Shown: positions 10,194 to 19,632 of the stretch, one piece after another
Numbering within the stretch: the stretch's first letter is position 1
Layout of the letters: each line of letters begins with the position of its first letter
Assembly: GCA_030698565.1 (NCBI GenBank)
Contig: JAUYJS010000005.1
Span: 10,607 to 74,606 of the forward strand
Source of the DNA: Candidatus Shapirobacteria bacterium
GTDB lineage: Bacteria > Patescibacteriota > Microgenomatia > UBA12405
DNA length: 64,000 bases
Reading direction: 5' to 3'
Made by a program: the position numbers and the translations under genes
The notes under the pieces: generated by a model
What the model was told of the DNA's origin: nothing
What the model saw: the letters and a program-made list of their open reading frames with translations, nothing else
Database searches by the model: none

Positions 10194-11302
10194 GAGGTTT
10201 TATCAAAAGCTTCCATTACTGATTTGGCAGTATTGGCCCAAGTATATTTTTGGGTTTGAATTAAACCCAAGGCAGAATATTTTTTTCTGTTTTTAGAATC
10301 AATAATAAGTGTCATTTTTAAACATAGATCTTTCGGATTATTTGGATCTATAAATAAACTACCTTCACCTAATACTTCTTTTAAAGATTCAATATTGCTG
10401 GCAATTACGGGTGTTCCTACTCTTAAAGACTCAATGGCCGGAATACCAAAGCCTTCGTAGGTGCTGGGTATTATTAGACTAATAGCATTTTGATAAAGAG
10501 TCCATTTTTGGGTTTCATTAATATAATCTGTAAATATTATTTTGTTTTCCAATTTTTCCTCTTTTACCGTTTTAAATATTTCATCAAATAACCAGCCCTT
10601 TTTGCCAGCTATCACCAACGTGGTAGAGCTATGTGATTTTAAAAATAGAGAGAATGATTTAATTAAAAAGGGAATATTTTTGTTGGGCTTAAGGGTGCCA
10701 ACAAAGAGAAAATAAGGTTCTAAAATTTTAAATTTATTTAGAACTTGTTTTTGAATTTTTTGGGAAATTTTGGGCGGTTCGTCAACACCGTTAAAAGCAA
10801 CTGTAATTTTTTTTGAATTTACATTGTAAATTTTCTCAATTTCTTTTTGGGAAAATTTGGAAACCGTGATTATATGTTTGGCTTTTTTAATTGAATTTTT
10901 GGTCCAATTTATTAATTGATATAAATCCTTTTTATTAAATTGATTTTTAAATTGAAGATAGCCTAGATCGTGAATTGTGGGAATGGTTGGACAAGGACAG
11001 AATTGAGGTGAATAATGGCTAGGCGAATAAAACAAATTAAGTTTTTCTTTTTGGGTGAAAAGATGAAGTGGTAAAGTAAACTTGGTCCATAGTTTTTGCG
11101 GACCAAAAACTTTGTAGGTCCAACCTTCTTTTTCTAGTGGAAGATCGTCTAGTGGTTGGTTTTTTAAATAAATAATATATTTATTTTTAGTATCAATTTT
11201 GTATAAATTCCAGAATAAATTAAATGCATATTGTCCGACTCCGACTCTATTTTTTATATTGGCTTCATTGCCATCAATACCGATAATCATTTTATTTTGC
11301 AC
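10175..11302 (-). CDS. Glycosyltransferase, GT4.
   Basis: EGFGIPAIESLRVGTPVIASNIESLKEV. Confidence 0.8.
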   Translation of the reverse strand: MQNKMIIGIDGNEANIKNRVGVGQYAFNLFWNLYKIDTKNKYIIYLKNQPLDDLPLEKEGWTYKVFGPQKLWTKFTLPLHLFTQKEKLNLFYSPSHYSPQFCPCPTIPTIHDLGYLQFKNQFNKKDLYQLINWTKNSIKKAKHIITVSKFSQKEIEKIYNVNSKKITVAFNGVDEPPKISQKIQKQVLNKFKILEPYFLFVGTLKPNKNIPFLIKSFSLFLKSHSSTTLVIAGKKGWLFDEIFKTVKEEKLENKIIFTDYINETQKWTLYQNAISLIIPSTYEGFGIPAIESLRVGTPVIASNIESLKEVLGEGSLFIDPNNPKDLCLKMTLIIDSKNRKKYSALGLIQTQKYTWANTAKSVMEAFDKTSCIIKP

Positions 11303-12428
11303 TTTGATACAAATTTAGAGTTTGTTGGGCGGTTTTAGTCCAACTAAAAATTTTAGCTTGTTGAAGTCCCCTTTTAATCATTTTTTTTCGGAGATTGCTC
11401 GATCTTGTAATTTTTTTTAAGGCGTTAGCAATATCTTCTGGTGATTCCGGATCAATTAATAAAGCACAACCGTTGGTGATTTCAGGTAAAGAAGAGACAT
11501 TACTGGTAATTATAGGTGTGCCGACTTTCATAGACTTTACTAATGGTAAACCAAAACCTTCATATAATGAAGGATAAGCTAGACAAATAGCACTGGCATG
11601 TAGAGCTACCATGTCTTTTTCGGGAATATACCCTAAAATTTTTACATAGCAATTTTTTAAATGTTTTATATCCTCTCCCCAACCGTATTTGCCAGCAATG
11701 GCCAATTCAATTTTTGATTTTGGATAAATTTTTCGAAAAGAATTAAAAGCTTGTATTAACCTTTCTAAATTTTTACGAGGTTCTCTGGTGCCTTGGGCCA
11801 ATATAAATTTATTGAGTCCATATTGTTTTCTAATAATATCCTTTTTTTGAGATTGAATATCAGTTGATAATTTTAAGAATTTATCGTATTTATTTTCAGC
11901 GGCTTCGTAAATAACCGATATCTTGTTGGGATCGATTTTGGGAAAAAGTTTCAGGAGATCATTTTGGGTGTTGCGGGAAACACAGATAATGGAAAAACAA
12001 CGGCGGGTAGCCCAAAACATTTTCTTGCGGTGGGCTTTAATGACTTTAGGATGATGCCACTTCGGATGTAAGAAAGGAGTTAAATCGTGAACGGTGGTTA
12101 TTGTTTTGGCAAAAATTGTTGGTGGTTGAGTCCAGTCAGAAGTATGAAAAACATCGCATTTACCAATAAATAATTCAATTGGAAGGATGTGAAGTCGATT
12201 CCAAATAAATTCCAGGAAAGTAAGCGGAAACTTAAAATAATAAATCTTAACATTGGGATAATTTTTGAGGGCGTTAATTTCCTTGGGGCATTTTAACCTC
12301 AGAGAAGAAAAAAATAATTTATAGGTGTTTTTCTTGTCGACCTTAATTAAGTTATGAACCAAATTTAAAGTGTAATTACTTACACCTGTGCCGTAAGGGA
12401 TAGAAGTGATATCAATTCCGATGATCAT
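11292..12428 (-). CDS. Glycosyltransferase, GT4.
   Basis: EGFGLPLVKSMKVGTPIITSNVSSLPEI. Confidence 0.8.
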   Translation of the reverse strand: MIIGIDITSIPYGTGVSNYTLNLVHNLIKVDKKNTYKLFFSSLRLKCPKEINALKNYPNVKIYYFKFPLTFLEFIWNRLHILPIELFIGKCDVFHTSDWTQPPTIFAKTITTVHDLTPFLHPKWHHPKVIKAHRKKMFWATRRCFSIICVSRNTQNDLLKLFPKIDPNKISVIYEAAENKYDKFLKLSTDIQSQKKDIIRKQYGLNKFILAQGTREPRKNLERLIQAFNSFRKIYPKSKIELAIAGKYGWGEDIKHLKNCYVKILGYIPEKDMVALHASAICLAYPSLYEGFGLPLVKSMKVGTPIITSNVSSLPEITNGCALLIDPESPEDIANALKKITRSSNLRKKMIKRGLQQAKIFSWTKTAQQTLNLYQSAK

Positions 12429-13413
12429 GTATTTGGCTAGATTTTAACATTTTTTGTATCTTTTGGCGTTTATTTAGTGTTGATGGTAAATTAAATATTA
12501 TTTCAAGTGTGATTAAAGTGAAATCTTTTAGAAAATATAGAAGTGCTTTGTTTCCATAACTTTTTTTTGTTTTTTTAAAAAGATAAGAAATATTTTTTAA
12601 TCTTTCGATTACTATTTGCGGAAAATTTTTAATTATTTGTTTTAAGGAATAATTTTTTATAATAATATAAATCCAGTTTTTAAGAACCATTTTGCTTCTG
12701 AAATTACCCAGAGAATTAGTGGTGCCACCGCCAAGATGATATGAAATAGCTTTGGGGATATATAGAGTTTTATAACCGAGATTGTGGAGCCTTAGCGATA
12801 TGTCCACATCTTCTTCATAGGCAAAAAAATCATCGTCAAAAAGACCTATTTTTATAAGTATGTCTTTTTTGTAAACTGTAAAAGCAGCAGAAGAACCCCA
12901 AGGAAAAATTTTTAATTTTAAATTTTTAATTTTTAAATCGTCATATGGTTGGCCGTCGGAAATGTTTTGACATTTGCCAGAATAATCAAACTCCAGGCCT
13001 TGGGATTCAAACTTATCCCCTTCTTTGTTTAAAACAGTGCCAAAAAAGACGGCGGTTTTGAGATCTTTTTCGTCTTGAATAGTTTGGCTTATTAACTTGA
13101 ACCAGTCAGGATTCATGGTTATATCATTATTTAGTAAAACGACATAATCATATTTAGCTTTTAAAATTCCTTGATTGACAGCTTTTGCAAAACCAAAGTT
13201 TTTGTTGTTTAAAATAATACTGGAGTAAAGACAAATTTCAGTGGCGAGCTCGTTGAAAATAGCAACACTATCGTCTTTTGAGTTGTTGTCTACAAGAATA
13301 ATTTCGAACTCATCTTCGGGATTATTAATTATTGATTGTTTTAAAGAAACTAAACAATAATTTAATAATTTAGCACCATTATAGTTTGGAATAATGATAG
13401 AGAATTTAGTCAT
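12412..13413 (-). CDS. Glycosyltransferase, GT2.
   Basis: FSIIIPNYNGAKLLNYCLVSL...ILVDNNSKDDS. Confidence 0.75.
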   Translation of the reverse strand: MTKFSIIIPNYNGAKLLNYCLVSLKQSIINNPEDEFEIILVDNNSKDDSVAIFNELATEICLYSSIILNNKNFGFAKAVNQGILKAKYDYVVLLNNDITMNPDWFKLISQTIQDEKDLKTAVFFGTVLNKEGDKFESQGLEFDYSGKCQNISDGQPYDDLKIKNLKLKIFPWGSSAAFTVYKKDILIKIGLFDDDFFAYEEDVDISLRLHNLGYKTLYIPKAISYHLGGGTTNSLGNFRSKMVLKNWIYIIIKNYSLKQIIKNFPQIVIERLKNISYLFKKTKKSYGNKALLYFLKDFTLITLEIIFNLPSTLNKRQKIQKMLKSSQIHDHRN

Positions 13414-13870
13414 TTAAATTTGGTAGCTCTATATGGTCTCCGATATGAAGACCTATTTTTTCAGAAATGCCCGGGTTTAGTTCAATAACATATTTGGCAG
13501 GCTCTGTATTTTTATAAATTTTTAGTTGATTGTTTGGGGTATTGGGTTCTGGAGAAGCGGTGGCAATATATACAACCTTTCCTTGACTATTAACCCAAAT
13601 TATATCCAAAGTAATTAATGTGTCTTTCATCCAAAATGATTGGATATCATCTTGGCTGAATAAAAAAATCATACCGCAATTGGAACATAATTCAGTTCTA
13701 TCACCTAAACCTTTGGCTTTTTGAGTTAATGTTTTGGCAACTTCTAAATTGAAATTTTTGTCTTTTATTTTGATAGAGATTGTCTTTGAGGGAGATCTTT
13801 GGGAAAATAAAAAAGAGGCAACGACCGCTAAAATTAGAAAAATTATTGTTGGAAGAATATATTTTGACAT
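13406..13870 (-). CDS. DUF192 (COG1430) domain protein with an N-terminal signal/anchor. Function unknown.
   Basis: KGLGDRTELCSNCGMIFLF...FWMKDTLITLDIIWVNSQGKVVYI matches the DUF192 pattern (GLM.R...GMLF.F...FWMKNT.IPLDI.F.D..G.V). Confidence 0.65.
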   Translation of the reverse strand: MSKYILPTIIFLILAVVASFLFSQRSPSKTISIKIKDKNFNLEVAKTLTQKAKGLGDRTELCSNCGMIFLFSQDDIQSFWMKDTLITLDIIWVNSQGKVVYIATASPEPNTPNNQLKIYKNTEPAKYVIELNPGISEKIGLHIGDHIELPNLND

Positions 13871-15063
13871 AATGTTTTACCTATTTTATCCCAAGTATAA
13901 TGGTTTTTTACAAATTCAAATCCGTTAAGCCCCAACTGCCTGGATTTAGCCTGGTGATTTAATAGATCACATATTTGGGAAGTTAAATCTTTTTCAGAAC
14001 CGGTTTTAAAAATAATCCCCCCATTTGTTTTTGTAATTAATTCTTTAAGAGGCGGAATATCAGAAGTGATTACTGGCTTACCACGAGCCATAGCTTCAAT
14101 TAAGACTAATCCAAAACTTTCTTGCAGAGACGGTAAAACTAGAATCGTTGACTGATCAATTATTTTTTTGAGATCTTTATTTTTAAAATTGTTAATAAGA
14201 TATATTTTTTTTATAATTTCTGGGTCTAGTTTATTGATAGTATTTTTAATTTTTGAAAAAAAAAGAGTTTCTTGGCCGGCCAATGTAAGTGTTAGTTTTG
14301 GAAATTTTTTTGATAATTTAGAAAAGGATTTAATCAATATTTCGAGTCCTTTGTGGGCGGAAAAACTCCCTATAAATAATAAACTTGGAGAATCAGGATA
14401 ATTTATTTTTGGATTTTTTATGATAAATTTATCGTCTACTCCGTTGCCAATGGCAAAAATTTTATTGGCTGGAATTTTAAAATTATTAATAAAATATTTT
14501 TTTTCATAATCTGTTAATGACCAGATATAGTCGGCTTTTTTTAGGCAATTTATTAAGGGTTTTTTAAAAAAATCAATGTCGGTTTGGTGAAAACTGGCGT
14601 TAATTAAAATTTGACATGATTTTTTTTGAGTCAGCCTAAGAATATTTTTAATAAAATTGGTATAAATCACACTGGTTGTAGGCAATGGGCCGGTGACCAT
14701 GAGATCTGGTTGAAACTTTATTATAAAAAATATTGATTTTAAAAATGGAAAAATTTTGAAGACTGGGCCTTTTTGAAAAACCTTAAGCAAATCGGATAAA
14801 TAAGAATTATTGGGGAGAAATAAGTTTATAAATTTAAGAGGACGACGGAGAAAATTATAGACGGGAAGACGTAAAATAGGCGGGATCGCAATGACGGATG
14901 GTCTGCTTTTTTTGTTAACAAAATCATCGGTGCTGGTGCAATTACTGGTTAAAACAAGAATTTCATGTTTTTGTTTTTTAAGATACTCGCCAAATTTATA
15001 TATAACTTTAGACCCGCCGTCGATTGCTGGGGGAAAAATATGAGTAATCAATAATACTTTCAT
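13843..15063 (-). CDS. Glycosyltransferase, GT4.
   Basis: ESFGLVLIEAMARGKPVITSDIPPLKELI. This is the first gene of the long minus-strand run (15063 down to 3). Confidence 0.8.
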   Translation of the reverse strand: MKVLLITHIFPPAIDGGSKVIYKFGEYLKKQKHEILVLTSNCTSTDDFVNKKSRPSVIAIPPILRLPVYNFLRRPLKFINLFLPNNSYLSDLLKVFQKGPVFKIFPFLKSIFFIIKFQPDLMVTGPLPTTSVIYTNFIKNILRLTQKKSCQILINASFHQTDIDFFKKPLINCLKKADYIWSLTDYEKKYFINNFKIPANKIFAIGNGVDDKFIIKNPKINYPDSPSLLFIGSFSAHKGLEILIKSFSKLSKKFPKLTLTLAGQETLFFSKIKNTINKLDPEIIKKIYLINNFKNKDLKKIIDQSTILVLPSLQESFGLVLIEAMARGKPVITSDIPPLKELITKTNGGIIFKTGSEKDLTSQICDLLNHQAKSRQLGLNGFEFVKNHYTWDKIGKTLCQNIFFQQ

Positions 15064-15082
15064 CTGCTTTAGTATAGAATAT

Positions 15083-15096
15083 AGTGTAAATTATTT
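15083..15096 (+). promoter_or_regulatory. AGTGTAAATTATTT motif ending 4 nt before the ATG at 15100. It may be a -10-like TG-TAAATT element that produces a leaderless or near-leaderless mRNA, and it lies in a divergent promoter region.
   Basis: Exact 14-mer shared with 17056-17069. It sits between divergent genes (13843..15063 on minus, 15100.. on plus). Confidence 0.35.
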
Positions 15097-15099
15097 AAT

Positions 15100-16017
15100 A
15101 TGTTTAAAAAAATTGCCTCTTCAAAGTTTCTTAGATTTGGAATTTCGGCAATTTTAGTTTATTTTGCTTTTAGAAATGTAAATGTATCTGTAATTATAAA
15201 GGAATTAATTCAAGTTCCCCTTTGGTTTATTTTAGTAAATTTATTATATTCATTACTAATTTCACTTATTGGCTCTTATCGTTGGAGTTTACTTCTATTT
15301 GACCGCCCAGGGAAAAGTGAAGTATTCAATTTTCTAAAATCAACTTATTTGGGGGCGTTTTATTCATTAGCATTTCCTACCGGATTAGCTGGTGACCTTT
15401 TAAAATGGTTTCCTTTACAAAAGAAATACCCCGAGTTAACCAAAACTAGGCTTTTAAGTTCGGTTTTATTGGATAGATTTATTGGTTTTTCCTCTTTTAC
15501 TATTTTGGCTTTGATTTCCGTAATAATTGGAAAAATATTAAAAATATCTTTTCCTGATTTTATTTTTTGGTTATTTTTGGGTCTATCTATTGGTGTTGTA
15601 TTTTTTTATATTGCAATTTTTAGCTTTGATGTGGAAAAAATAATAAAAAAGTATCCCATTTTAGAAAAGTTAAATGAGATTGTAAGTCTTTTGAAAAAGG
15701 GAAATAAAAGAAGGATAATTTTAAGTTTATTGGTTTCGTTTTTGAGCGAATTTACCTGGATTATCCAGACATGGTTTGTGTCTGATTTTTTTCATGCAGG
15801 GTTTAGTGTTATTTCTGTTTTTGTTTTTGTACCAATAATAGCTTTGGTTTTAGTGTTGCCAATTTCGTTTGCTGGTTTTGGAGCCAGGGAACAATTATAT
15901 TTATTTTTCTTTTCTCAAATAGGTATTGCTAGCGAAAAAACCCTTTTAGTTTCAACATTTTTAGGAATAACTGGAATTTTGTCTTCGTTAATCGGAGGAC
16001 TTTTTCTTTTGTTTTAA
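15100..16017 (+). CDS. Polytopic membrane protein of the lysylphosphatidylglycerol-synthase-TM / flippase-like family (PF03706-like).
   Basis: N-terminal RFGISAILVYFAFRNVNVSVIIKELIQVPLWFILVNLLYSLLISLIGSYRWSLLL resembles the conserved start of the flippase-like domain. About 8 TM helices. Confidence 0.5.
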   Translation: MFKKIASSKFLRFGISAILVYFAFRNVNVSVIIKELIQVPLWFILVNLLYSLLISLIGSYRWSLLLFDRPGKSEVFNFLKSTYLGAFYSLAFPTGLAGDLLKWFPLQKKYPELTKTRLLSSVLLDRFIGFSSFTILALISVIIGKILKISFPDFIFWLFLGLSIGVVFFYIAIFSFDVEKIIKKYPILEKLNEIVSLLKKGNKRRIILSLLVSFLSEFTWIIQTWFVSDFFHAGFSVISVFVFVPIIALVLVLPISFAGFGAREQLYLFFFSQIGIASEKTLLVSTFLGITGILSSLIGGLFLLF

Positions 16018-16071
16018 GTAAGCGATGATAAAATAGGAAAGTTAAAGTTAAAAATTTAAAATTAAAACGAA

Positions 16072-17040
16072 ATGATATTAATTGTTGGTGGGGCGGGATA
16101 TATTGGTTCACATATAAACAAGGAATTAAATAAGCAAGGATTTGAGACGGTAGTTTTTGATAATTTAGCGTCTGGTCGAAAAGAGCTGGTGAAATGGGGA
16201 GAATTGATAATTGGTGATTTGGGTAATATAGAAGAAATTAGAAACGTTTTTAAAAAATACAAAATTGATGCTGTGTTTCATTTTGCGGCTTTTAAGGCAG
16301 TTGGTGAATCGGTAACTAATCCTCAAAAATATTATAAAAATAATATCTGTAATACCCTAAACCTATTAGAAGTAATGTTGGAAAACGACGTTAAAAAGTT
16401 TATTTTTTCATCATCAGCAGCTGTTTTTGGTAGTCCCCAATACATGCCCATTGACGAGAAACATCCTCAAAATCCAATAAACCCTTATGGTGAAACTAAA
16501 TTAATTATGGAACATGTTTTGAGGGATTACTCAAAGGCTTATGGTTTGAAGTATGTGTCGTTGCGTTATTTTAATGCTTGTGGAGCTGATTTAGAAAGTG
16601 AGGTTGGTGAATGGCCAGGAAGTAGTGCTAACTTAATTCCTATGGTCTTAGACGCGGCTATTGGACGACGTGAAGATATAAAAATTTTTGGAACTGATTA
16701 TCCAACTAAGGACGGAACATGTATTCGGGATTATATTCATGTAACAGATTTGGCAGTAGCTCATATTTTGGCTTTTGAATATTTAAATAATGGTGGAGAA
16801 TCAGATTGTTTTAACTTGGGTAATGGGAGAGGTTTTTCAGTAAAAGAAGTGGTTGATATGGCAAAAGAAGTTACTAAAATTGATTTTAAAGTAGTTGAGT
16901 CTGACAAAAGAGAGGGTGATCCGGCGGTATTAGTGGCTGATAGTGCCAAGGCTCAAAAAGTATTGGGTTGGAAATCTGAATACGCTGATTTAAAAACTAT
17001 TATAGAGAGTGCTTGGAGTTGGCATTTGAAGAAGAGTTGA
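16072..17040 (+). CDS. galE: UDP-glucose 4-epimerase (SDR family).
   Basis: MILIVGGAGYIGSH (GxxGxxG), YGETK catalytic YxxxK motif, 322 aa. Confidence 0.85.
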   Translation: MILIVGGAGYIGSHINKELNKQGFETVVFDNLASGRKELVKWGELIIGDLGNIEEIRNVFKKYKIDAVFHFAAFKAVGESVTNPQKYYKNNICNTLNLLEVMLENDVKKFIFSSSAAVFGSPQYMPIDEKHPQNPINPYGETKLIMEHVLRDYSKAYGLKYVSLRYFNACGADLESEVGEWPGSSANLIPMVLDAAIGRREDIKIFGTDYPTKDGTCIRDYIHVTDLAVAHILAFEYLNNGGESDCFNLGNGRGFSVKEVVDMAKEVTKIDFKVVESDKREGDPAVLVADSAKAQKVLGWKSEYADLKTIIESAWSWHLKKS

Positions 17041-17047
17041 TTGCTTA

Positions 17048-17080
17048 TTGTATAAAGTGTAAATTATTTTTAGATATAAT
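17048..17080 (+). promoter_or_regulatory. Candidate promoter upstream of the radical SAM gene. It contains TTGTATAAAGTGTAAATTATTT plus a TATAAT hexamer at 17075-17080.
   Basis: Intergenic region between galE and the radical SAM gene. It shares the 14-mer AGTGTAAATTATTT with 15083-15096 and an 18-mer with 48074-48091. Confidence 0.4.
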
Positions 17081-17095
17081 AATGTTCATAAATAT

Positions 17096-18163
17096 ATGGA
17101 AAAAATAAAGCGTTTTATTGAATGCTTAATTCCGATAACTGTCTGCAATTTAAGATGTAGTTATTGCTACGTAGCTCAAGAAAATGGAAAGACAAACAAA
17201 ATGCCTGAATTTCAATATGGTATAAAAACTATCGCCAAAGCTTTGTCAAAAAAACGTCTTGGTGGGTGTTCGTATATTAGTATTTGTGGGGCAGGAGAAA
17301 CACTTATGCCATTTGAAATTGTGGGTATTACACATTCACTTTTAGAAAACAGTCATTATGTTAACTTGACTAATAATGGAACTCAAACTGAACGAATTAA
17401 TCAAATTTTAGATGTTTCTTTAGAATATAGATCGCGTTTACATTTTGCCTTTTCATTTCATTATTTAGAGCTAAAAAAAAATAATTTATTAGATATCTTT
17501 TTTGAAAATATTAAAAAAGTGAAAGCTGCCGGATGTTCTTTTTTAGTTCAGTTTAATATGTGCGATGAATATGTTCCTTACCTAGATGAGATGTATGACA
17601 TTTGTATAAAGGAAGTTGGAGCTCCGCCTCAAATAGCTGTCACTAGAGATGTAACTAATCTAAAGGAAATTAAATTATTAACGGCCCTTTCAAAAGAGGA
17701 ATATAAAGAACTTGGGCGAAAGTTTGATTCTCCGCTCTTTGATTTTACTCTTCAAAATTTTATGGTAAAAAGGCAAGAGTACTGTTATGCAGGAAAATGG
17801 TCTGGCGTTTTAAACTTGGCTACTGGTGAACTACGACGCTGTTATAGTGATCCTTCTCCACAGAATATTTTTGCGGATACTTCAAAGCCGATTGTTTTTC
17901 AAGCGATGGGTAAATCTTGTGTTTTAGCTTATTGTATTAACTCTTCACATTTTATGTCATTAGGTGTAATTCCATTTAAAAGAAGTCCTACCTATGCCTC
18001 ACTTAGGAATAGACAAAGTGCTCAGTGGTATTCCGCAAAGATGCAAAAATTTCTTTCTGGAAAATTAATTTATTCAAATCTTAATCTAAGTTTCTGTTTT
18101 GATTTAGTTGCTCAAATAATAAATCGTATTTATAGAAAAAAAAGACTAACTGGATTGCACTAA
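17096..18163 (+). CDS. Radical SAM enzyme with a Cys-rich C-terminal region (SPASM/twitch-like auxiliary-cluster candidate).
   Basis: CNLRCSYCY (CX3CX2C) near the N-terminus and ICGAGETLM (GGEPLL-like SAM motif). C-terminal cysteines: CYAGKWSGVLNLATGELRRCY...GKSCVLAYCINSSHF. Confidence 0.7.
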   Translation: MEKIKRFIECLIPITVCNLRCSYCYVAQENGKTNKMPEFQYGIKTIAKALSKKRLGGCSYISICGAGETLMPFEIVGITHSLLENSHYVNLTNNGTQTERINQILDVSLEYRSRLHFAFSFHYLELKKNNLLDIFFENIKKVKAAGCSFLVQFNMCDEYVPYLDEMYDICIKEVGAPPQIAVTRDVTNLKEIKLLTALSKEEYKELGRKFDSPLFDFTLQNFMVKRQEYCYAGKWSGVLNLATGELRRCYSDPSPQNIFADTSKPIVFQAMGKSCVLAYCINSSHFMSLGVIPFKRSPTYASLRNRQSAQWYSAKMQKFLSGKLIYSNLNLSFCFDLVAQIINRIYRKKRLTGLH

Positions 18164-18208
18164 AATGAAATGTTTTAAGAATTATCCAGTAAAAGTTAAT
18201 TGTAGAAA

Positions 18209-19543
18209 TTATCTTCCAATAGAAAAATAGTCAAAACCCATTTCTTTCATTTCAGATGGACGATATTGATTGCGACCATCAAAAATTATTGGATTTTTTA
18301 GGTGTTTTTTGATTAATTGAAAGTTCGGTTGTTTATAGATGTTCCATTCGGTTAAGAGTGCTAATGCGTCGCAATCTTTTAGACATTCATAGTTGTCGTC
18401 AAAATATTCAATACTGGTTTCGATATCTTTAAATAAGCGTTTGGCTTCGTTTTGGGCTTCGGGATCGTGGGCTTTAATTTTTGTTCCACCTTCGACCAAC
18501 TTTCGAATAATTACTTGAGATGGCGACTCGCGCATATCGTCGGTTTCTGGCTTGAAAGCTAATCCCCAGATAGCAATAGTTTTGCCTTTTAATCCGTCTT
18601 TTTTGTTATCAAAATAATTTTGAATTTTGTCGAATAAATGTGCTTTTTGGGTTTCGTTGATAAGTTCTACAGCTTTGAGTAGCTTCATGTCATAACCATA
18701 TTCATTGCCGGTGTTGATAATAGCTTTGACATCTTTGGGGAAACAGCTACCACCATAACCAATGCCAGGACTGATAAATGAATAGCCGATTCTTTTGTCG
18801 GCACCAACACCAAGTCGAACCATTTCTACGTTGGCATCAACCTTTTCACATAAATTTGAAATTTCGTTGATAAAGGAAATCTTGGTAGCCAACATCGAAT
18901 TTGAGGCATATTTAGTGACCTCTGCCGAACGGACATCCATAAATATGATTCTTGGTTCAGCATCTTTGAATAATCCTGAGTAAAGTTCATTCATTTGTTC
19001 TTTGGCCCGAATGCTTTCTGTCCCGATTATGACCCTGTCTGGATTCATGAAGTCCTCGATAGCGTTGCCTTCCCTTAAGAATTCTGGGTTGGAAACAATA
19101 TCGAAATCTACATTAATTCCTCTTTCCTTAATTTTTTGATCAATAAAATCTCTTAATTGTTTACCTGTACCAACTGGTACGGTTGATTTATTGATAATGA
19201 GTTTGTAGTCCTTTAAATTTTTTGCTATTTCTTCGGCGACCGCATAAACGTATTTTAAATCTACTGAACCATCAGGATTAGATGGAGTTCCAACAGCAAT
19301 AAAAATAAATTGAGACTGGTCAAATCCATCAAGCAAGTTGGTGGAAAAATGAAGTCTGCCTTCTTGAAAATTTTTATTGACTATTGGTTCTAGGCCTTTT
19401 TCATAAATAGGGATTATCCCCTGTTTAAGTTTGTCGATTTTTGTTTGGTCGACATCGACACACCAGACCTCGTTGCCTATATCAGCAAAACACGCGCCGG
19501 CGACTAATCCAACATATCCTGTACCGATAACGGTAATTTTCAT
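18209..19543 (-). CDS. ugd: UDP-glucose 6-dehydrogenase.
   Basis: MKITVIGTGYVGLVAGACFADIGNEV (Rossmann fold), catalytic GGSCFPKD, 444 aa. Confidence 0.9.
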   Translation of the reverse strand: MKITVIGTGYVGLVAGACFADIGNEVWCVDVDQTKIDKLKQGIIPIYEKGLEPIVNKNFQEGRLHFSTNLLDGFDQSQFIFIAVGTPSNPDGSVDLKYVYAVAEEIAKNLKDYKLIINKSTVPVGTGKQLRDFIDQKIKERGINVDFDIVSNPEFLREGNAIEDFMNPDRVIIGTESIRAKEQMNELYSGLFKDAEPRIIFMDVRSAEVTKYASNSMLATKISFINEISNLCEKVDANVEMVRLGVGADKRIGYSFISPGIGYGGSCFPKDVKAIINTGNEYGYDMKLLKAVELINETQKAHLFDKIQNYFDNKKDGLKGKTIAIWGLAFKPETDDMRESPSQVIIRKLVEGGTKIKAHDPEAQNEAKRLFKDIETSIEYFDDNYECLKDCDALALLTEWNIYKQPNFQLIKKHLKNPIIFDGRNQYRPSEMKEMGFDYFSIGR

Positions 19544-19617
19544 AATTATTGAACGGTTAAATTGTTTTTATTTTACCTCATTTTTAATTATTGAGAAGAC
19601 CATGTCCTGCTTGTATG

Positions 19618-19626
19618 TGGTATAAA
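19618..19626 (+). promoter_or_regulatory. Extended -10-like TGGTATAAA immediately upstream of the ATG at 19633 of the DPM1-like GT2. It may be a leaderless start.
   Basis: TGnTATAAA 7 nt before the ATG. It lies in the divergent intergenic region with ugd. Confidence 0.35.
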
Positions 19627-19632
19627 AATTTA

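Noticed and set aside
17096-18163. Radical SAM enzyme next to glycosyltransferases as a possible glycosylated RiPP (glycocin/sactipeptide-like) cluster.
   Set aside because: No small precursor-peptide-like ORF with a leader/core pattern is present in the flanking intergenic regions, and there is no peptidase or peptide ABC exporter nearby. A sugar or lipid substrate is more parsimonious.
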